Source: the human T2T-CHM13v2.0 reference genome, Homo sapiens. Taken from it: DNA of 64,000 bases. Positions 57,272-64,000 of this stretch are shown piece by piece; within the stretch, counting starts at the first letter, position 1; every line of letters starts with the position of its first letter. Position numbers and translations under genes: made by a program. The stretch lies in assembly GCF_009914755.1 (NCBI RefSeq), contig NC_060930.1; one strand, given 5' to 3'. Below the pieces are notes generated by a model that saw nothing but the letters and a program-made list of their open reading frames with translations, made no database searches and was not told the origin of the DNA.

Positions 57272-59384
57272 GTATTTTTATATTTATCTTGTTAATTTGC
57301 TGAAAATTACTTAAATGGAACACATATATAGATGGCAGATGTCACCTGGAAGTGCTATAAGCACATGTTGGGAGCTTATACTTGTGTTAGTGCAAGAGTG
57401 TGGGTGATTCATATTTGAACCATAACACATACATATCTTAGTTTAGTGATTGGGAAATTATAGGCCAAAAGTAAACTTCATGGAAAAGTGCGTCACTACA
57501 CACTATGGGGCCAACTAAATTGCTAATAAATGAAGCTAGACTAATAAATGAAGCTAGAATAATTTGTCATTAAAATGCAAGAATGACAGCCATCAAAAAC
57601 TGCCCAATCAAGACAAAAGTGCTGAAGCACTAACCTGAAAGCCACCTTCTCAAAAATTTCAGAATTCCAAATCTTGATGCCTATGCCGGTTTCACAGGAG
57701 CTGGGCAGTGCCACCAAGAAGCTCAAGTTTTTGTTGAGCATGGGATTAGAATCCTCAGTAAAATCCAACATGTGGCTTTTCTTGGCTCATGAATAGGAAG
57801 TCTGTGTAACTTGTAAGACTTTACTTGGCAGGTTAGTACTAAGTGGCCCTGTATAAAATCGATAACCTTGCACCACCATCTGCCTGTAAGAATTTAGGAA
57901 AGGACTCTCATTTTAGCATCAGTGCTCTCTGAGGACCACCAATGTCCCAGGTTCACACTTTAAATCACTGTGAGTTCAGGGCATTCTTGATCAATGTGAA
58001 GTCAGGACATGAGCAAGAGCCTAATTCACTGACTCACCCAGCACTTCTGAACTCAGACTGCAGGGCCAGAGGGCAGGCTAAGAAGGCTGCTTTGGAAGAA
58101 ATATGCAAAACTCCAGGACATTTTCCCCCATTTGCCTTTTGCTCTTTTGTCCTTTTCCATCTCCCACTCCCTGCTCATAGTCTAAGTCATGACAGAAATG
58201 GAAGGTTGGTGGTGGAGGACATCCCAGTCCAGTGCTTTTCTTTTTTTTGCTGCTGATTTTTCATTTTCTTGGTTCTTTAACAAGCCATCTGTCATCTCGG
58301 AGGAGTAACTTTCCTTTTCAGCTCCCTACACATCTGTATTTCACAGAAATAAAAGGGAAGCTTTAGGATTTTGCCAACAAAGAGATGATGTTGGAACCTC
58401 TTTAATAGCCTCCATCTTCAGGGGATTCGTGATTGTGAGAAAATTCCTAACTAGGCCCAAGGAGAAAACCTAGGAATTCTAACCACTAGACAGACACCGT
58501 GGTGCCCAAGTCTTTGGAGTCTTTAAGAATTAGCTGGGATTTATGTAATGGGCGGAGGATATGAATTCCAGCATCTGAAAGGGCTTTGTATAACCTCCTC
58601 CCTTTAAAAATGGCTTGGCATGTCAGATGTCATCTGGCCCTGACAATTTACATGTCTCCCTCCAGAGGCAGAGGATAATGACAATAGTAGCAGTAGTCTG
58701 GGGGCCTCATGGTCTTATGGACACTGAGAGGACAATGGGCCAATGGGCCGAGGCACCAGCTGTGTGGTGTCAGGGCCAGGCTCTGAGGCTAATTAGGGCT
58801 ACCAGACTTGAGGGTGCCCCTGTTGCTCCTGCTCTCTGCAGGGGCCCCACGGCTGCTGAAACTGCCTGGTCAGAGTGAGTCAGGCCTTGGCACCCTTGGA
58901 CATTTGTGAATTTTGTCTTCTGGCCCCCTCTCTCCTTCTGTCTTGTCTGTTCTGTGCAGCCTTTTCAGTCTTTTCCAGATTTTTTGATGCTCCTCCTACC
59001 CAAACCTGCTCTCAGTAAAGGTACGGATCTTCACCTGACATTTGAGGATAAACTTAGGTTGACCACTATCTTTCGAAATGGAAGGATCATTCTCATGTTT
59101 TCCTCAAATGATGCAGAGATGATCATGTCCCCTAGAAAGGCTGGAGTTAGTTAATACTTCAGGATTTAGAAAGATTTCTCAAATTCCCTGAAATCACAGG
59201 ATTGCTACTTCCTTAAATATGATTGACTCCAGGGGGAATTTTTGCAAGGTGTGAATTCAAACTGTAAACCATCACCAGCTGCCTCCAGCTGTCTGTAGAA
59301 GGGCTTTCTACAAAGAACTCTGATTTTTTTTCCCCAGAGAAGCTGGGCCAATCCAGAAGTGCTTCTATCATGCCTTTATCTACA

Positions 59385-59570
59385 CTGTCCTGGGGAAGTA
59401 CTGAGGCAAGTTACCTAAACTCACTGTGCCTCAGTTTTCCTCATTCATAAAATGGATATAATAATAATAATAGCACCATCTTATAGGAGGGTTAAATGTA
59501 ATAGTATACGTATAAAATCTTTGAAGAGGGCTCGACACACAGAAATTACTCTTAGGCCTAGTTACTGCTT
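59385..59570 (+). mobile_element. MIR
   Basis: GGCAAGTTACCTAAACTCACTGTGCCTCAGTTTTCCTCATTCATAAAATGG. Confidence 0.85.
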
Positions 59571-60084
59571 ACTTCTGAGGCTTGAGGAGTACAGAATTGG
59601 GACCTAACTTTGGAATAGTGCTACAGGATGAGGCTTTTTGTTTTCTATTGTTTTAAAATCAAAAGGATAAAAATTAAGCAGCAGGTCCTCTTTTCTCACT
59701 TTGGGCATTTTGGGGCCCACATGGTAGGAACCTACCTCTAGGAGCCCCTTTGGCCTTGAAGAGGTTCTCTTACTCTAGTAGAGTACATGTGGACACAGTC
59801 GCATTTAATTTACTGGCTTGATTTGCCATGTACATTTATATATTAATTTTAGTTTGTATCATTTCAACTACTGTTCTAAAAAAGAACTAAATTTTCTCTT
59901 GGCATACAATACTTGCAAAGAAAAAAAAAGATAAAAAGGAAAATGACAAAAGAGAGAAAGAAAGAGAGAGAAAAAGAAAGAATACATTTTGAGGACGTGT
60001 AAATATGCTATTATTATGTTAATCCACAAAATCCTAATGAACCAAGACATGTTTTAGCCACTGCTGCTTCTGCTAAAGGATGTC

Positions 60085-60487
60085 TGTCTTAGTTAATTGA
60101 GTGTTGCTATAAATGAATTCTACAGGCTGGGTACTTGATTTTTAAAAAAGGTTTATTTGGCTCACAATTCTGATGGCTGGGAAGTTCAGGATTGGGCGTC
60201 TGCATCTGGTGAGGGATCAGGCTGCTTCCATTCATGGTAAAAGGCAAAGGGGATCCTGCATGTGTGGAGATCACATGGTGAGAGAGGAATCAAGAGGTAG
60301 GGGGGAGATGTCAGGCTCTTTTAAACAACCAGCTCTCTTGGTATCTATCAGCATGAGTACTCACTCAACATCAAGGGAGGGCCTTAATCTACCCATAAGG
60401 GATCTGTCCCCATGACCCAAACATCTCCCATTGGAAGATTAAATTTCATTATGAGGTTTAGAGGGGACAAACATCTAAACCATAGCA
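60085..60487 (-). mobile_element. MSTB1-like MaLR solo LTR
   Basis: TGTCTTAGT...GCATCTGGTGAGGG..GAGATCACATGGTGAGAGAGG...AAACCATAGCA. Confidence 0.9.
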
Positions 60488-60890
60488 GTGCCCTAGTGCA
60501 GATAACACTTCAATATTGTGATTCCATGTTTATGTGCCTGCCTATCTTGCTAGATTTAGCTTTCTGAAGTCTCCTGTATCCTCTTTGTATCCCTTAAAGC
60601 CAGCACAGAAGGTGTAACAGGTATGTGCAAACATCTTACCTAGTTATTGACTTAACCTTCAGTTACTGAGAGTAGTTGGAAGGGCTGAGATGCGGGTTAT
60701 TCTAGGGATATACATTCTAATAGGAGAGAGAGGATCACATGGTATTCAAGAAAAGAGGCCAGGTATGTCAGTGCCTTCTGGAGCCCAGGATGGTGTTGAC
60801 ACCAGATTGCATGGATCTCCACTCTGATATGTCCTTGATGCAGCTCATTTCTCTAATCTCTCTCTCTCTTTCTCTCTCTGTCTCTCTCTC

Positions 60891-61186
60891 AAAGCAGAAA
60901 CTGCCAAATGCAACACCTCATTCTGGATGTGGAATCCGGGAGTCTTGACTGCTGTATATTCTCCTACAAATGAACCTTGTTTGGAAGTTCTAGCAGGAGC
61001 TACTTGTACACCTGTGAACAAGGAAAGGTCCTCCTCTATTGGGGAAGATCGTCTTCTTCAACCAAGCACACAGCACATGGAGCTGTGTAGAAGGAAGGGG
61101 CCACCCACCTAGCCAGCCAGATCAGCCAAATCAACCCTGGGGATCAATGTGATGACAAGTGTCACAGCCAGATCACCCTCACATCC
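60891..61186 (-). pseudogene. 7SK snRNA retropseudogene (RN7SKP-type), near full length
   Basis: Minus strand starts GGATGTGAGGGTGATCTGGCTGTGAC..ATTGATCCCCAGGGTTGATTTGGCTGATCTGGCTGGCTAGG and runs to TGGCAGTTTCTGCTTT; (GA)n at tail position 60857-60890. Confidence 0.96.
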
Positions 61187-62726
61187 TCCATCTCTTTATG
61201 AAATGTCAACTTTGAATGGTGCCAACATCTTTCTGCACCCTCTACCTCTGCTTCCTTTGACCAAGTAGGATGTGCATGGACTGCTTCTGGGCCATGATAT
61301 GGATGGGGAAGGACCTATGTGTCTGCTCCACCCAGGATCAGCAGCCCAGCATTTTTTCTGCTGTTCATCTGGTGCCTGAAGTGGATGGGAACAAACAAAC
61401 AACAGCATTTATTGATGGGGTCCCAATGGGACCTTTTTTTCTACATGCCTATGCCATGGGATTAAACATCATCAGAGTTAGAATTTGAGACAAGGTTGTT
61501 TTTATGTTCACTCCAGTGACAAAATTTCAACAGATATAACAATGCCTGGAAACAGTGCCTGGGACATGGAAAGTCACATCTCAGAGGAGCCAGCCAATAT
61601 TTCAAAATCTAAGGGCCTGTCCCACTCCATCTACAACCATAATCATCTTTCTCATCCCTAATAAATCTCCAAGCAACCACACACTATTACTAGTGAGAAA
61701 AGCACAGAAATGTACACCCCAAGAGAAAGGATATCTTTAAGGCACTAACCAGAGCTGGTTTGAGTCACCTGGATACAGCACTGTATTTTTGTGGTTTTAT
61801 TTTTTCTCAACCTTCTAAATTCAGGGTTATCTCGAGATGGGGAGACAAGAAAGCAACAAGTAATCCACAAAGAGGGAAATCTAAAAGGAAGGAGATAAGT
61901 TGTGAGCAAAGGACAGTGAGAGACTGATTCTAAGGATGGTGAAGACCAAGAGCAGAAATGCTGTTTTAATAAGTAAAACATTTGCCACATATCCTATTAG
62001 AATCTTTGTCCTCCTTGCCTTTAACCCTGCCTCTTAGGGATGGAGAAAGGGAGGTGCCATCAGCATGGGAAGTCACCCCTCAGTGCAGCTCTCCCTCCCT
62101 GAGCCTGGCCATTCCCTTCGCCCCCAGCTCCCGGTGGAAATCTGTTATCACAGTACTTGCCACACTACATTGAAGTTGGCTCTTTCTCATGGAAACACAT
62201 CAGTCCTCTCAAGCATATTACCAACTTATTCATCTTTATACCTTCGGAGCCCAGTCCCTTGTTGAAGAAATATTGTTTGAAAAGAGCTGTAAAATTTCCT
62301 CCATAAAACACAGTAAAAAGATATTTTCCATTTGCCCAATTGCTTAAAATTTTTAAATTGGAAGCCATGTATAACTTCCTTTCTTCCTAATCCTGTAAGC
62401 ACTGAGAGTGACAGTTCTTAATACAGATACAGCAAGAAAAGTTAAAGTTCACGCCAGTACCTGTAGTAGCAATAAGGTACAACACCAAAGTGCGTTATTA
62501 TTGTGGCTTAGCATATTTCTCCCTTGCTAGGATGAAGTTTGGCGTTGACTGACAGGTCAATACTACCTGAAAACCCCCAGCAAGGCCAAACCCAGCATTA
62601 AGAGCTTCTTGTTACAAAGGAGCTGGTAGGGACCCAATCCTTCAGCATCAGAACAAACGGGGAAGATGGGTCCTTTGCTATCAAAACCAAATTCATTCCT
62701 GATTTGAGAGTTCTTTATTCTTTCTG

Positions 62727-62978
62727 GGAGTGCAGTGGTGCGATCTTGGCTCACTGCAACCTCCGCCTCCTGGGTTCAAGAGACTCTCCTGCCTCAGCCT
62801 CCTGAGTAGCTGGGATTACAGGCACGAGCCACCACGCCCGGCTAATTTTTTGTATTTTAGTAGAGATGGGGTTTCACCATGTTGCCCAGGCTATTCTCGA
62901 ACTCCTGAGCTCAGGCGATCCACCCACCTTGACCTCCCAAAGTGCTGGGATTACAGCTGTGAGCCACCGCACCTGGCC
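62727..62978 (-). mobile_element. Alu, 3'-truncated and tailless
   Basis: Intact 5' end; stops at ..CACTGCACTCC; possible TSD TTTAT-TCTTTCT/TTTATATCTTTCT. Confidence 0.92.
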
Positions 62979-63538
62979 CCCCTTTTATATCTTTCTATAA
63001 GTTGTCACAAATCAGTTATGGTTGTTACAAGTGTTCCTGGAAGCTAATTGTTGGCCGTCACATTAACAGCAACAATAGAAACTCTCGGGGTGGGTCATGG
63101 TCTTTAGCACTACATATCTAAAGTAGATCTTATTTGAAATGGTTTAAAATGAATAGAGGAAATGAGATGGGCACAAGTTGCATAACATCTTTATCACTGT
63201 CTCTGCGTTTCATCCTGACGCCCATACCTCTGCATCACCTTCCTCCTGGGTACCCTCCCATTGTGCATGCCCGTATTCTTCTTAGGAGTATTTGGCGTTC
63301 TCTGTTCTGCTCAGAATAGCATGCGAAACGACTGCTTGTGGAGCTGCTCTCCATTGTTAGGGAGACAATAAAAGGATGTCTGATAAGCATCTTACGACAG
63401 ATTTTTTCTACAGCTGAAGCATATTGGCGGCATAATTTTCCAAATTTGCATTCTACCTGTGGCTCCAAGGGGCTAACCTAGACTCCTTGCCAAGGGAGGA
63501 CATTGTTCCTTCATTTTCTAGAGGCTGCAGGCACTTAC

Positions 63539-63654
63539 CGGATTATTATTGATATTGTCTCAGAGCTGGCTCATTCTCACACTACTAATCGGTAACTATG
63601 AATCTCTGGCTGCTCGAAAGACTTTTGCACTGTCTCAATGTTTCAGGAAAACCT
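63539..63654 (-). other. Candidate 116-nt non-coding exon
   Basis: ttgtatctgctcgtgtacttctcacag|AGGTT...ATCCG|gtaagt; stops in all three frames; no transcript evidence. Confidence 0.35.
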
Positions 63655-63829
63655 CTGTGAGAAGTACACGAGCAGATACAATGTAGTCTGTGTTTTCAAA
63701 TATGTATTTATATTTAAATATAACATATATTTAAGTAAACATGTAGGAAATCCAGATTGTTTTTTAAAAGATAGATTGAAAATGATGCCTTGCTCCATAG
63801 AAGAGTCACAAAAAGAGGACAGAAATTTT

Positions 63830-63975
63830 TCAGACTCTGATGTAATCGCTATGTTTACTCTGCTGGAAGTTTTCAACAGAGGCTCAACTCCCATTTTCAA
63901 GAACATTCTAGAAGGATATATGTTTATGTGAGTTGGAAACTACACTAGACTTTTTTTAACGCTTGTTCTAAGACC
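63830..63975 (+). mobile_element. L3/MIR3-like 3' end remnant
   Basis: CTGGAAGTTTTCAACAGAGGCT..CCATTTTCAAG..TAGAAGG..ACTAGA..TTCTAAGA. Confidence 0.5.
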
Positions 63976-64000
63976 CAATTTTTCTCCAACTCCTTTAAAT

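Noticed and set aside
57523-57558. Short tandem duplications of 14-18 bp (also near 6523, 21593, 25823)
   Set aside because: Ordinary slippage duplications with no spacers; not CRISPR-like.
58624-58636. CAGATG-T-CATCTG double E-box palindrome
   Set aside because: 1-bp spacing does not match a composite I can name; plausible by chance.
63638-63931. 97-aa ORF and overlapping antisense 87-aa ORF
   Set aside because: AT-rich low complexity plus an L3/MIR3-like remnant; no known protein recognised.

Overview
Primate, human-like genomic DNA. AluY copies imply a catarrhine genome. I cannot name the locus from sequence alone. I recognise no protein-coding exon: the provided ORFs are explained by Alu, L1, LTR or microsatellite sequence, or are chance ORFs. 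Roughly half of the window is interspersed repeats: Alus, L1PA/PB/MA/MB/ME, L2, L3, MIR, a full-length MSTA-type MaLR with both LTRs, solo MaLR/ERVL LTRs, an ERVL pol relic, and MER5/MER6/MER30/MER58 DNA transposons. Two RNA retropseudogenes are present: a near full-length 7SK copy (60891-61186, minus strand) and a tailless 5' fragment of 5S rRNA flanked by a TSD (44451-44499). The most notable unexplained structures are five: (1) a locally duplicated ~170/250-bp module with MARE-like and GATA sites, beside a GATA cluster (46251-46420 and 48460-48705); (2) a perfect palindromic MARE; (3) a chain of four well-formed minus-strand candidate exons that could be a spliced lncRNA or 5'UTR; (4) a fold-back hairpin inside a FLAM; (5) several non-canonical retro-insertions. 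Repeat subfamily names come from recalled consensus features, and boundaries of old repeats are approximate. Nothing here demonstrates a new biological system; the regulatory and exon calls are hypotheses.
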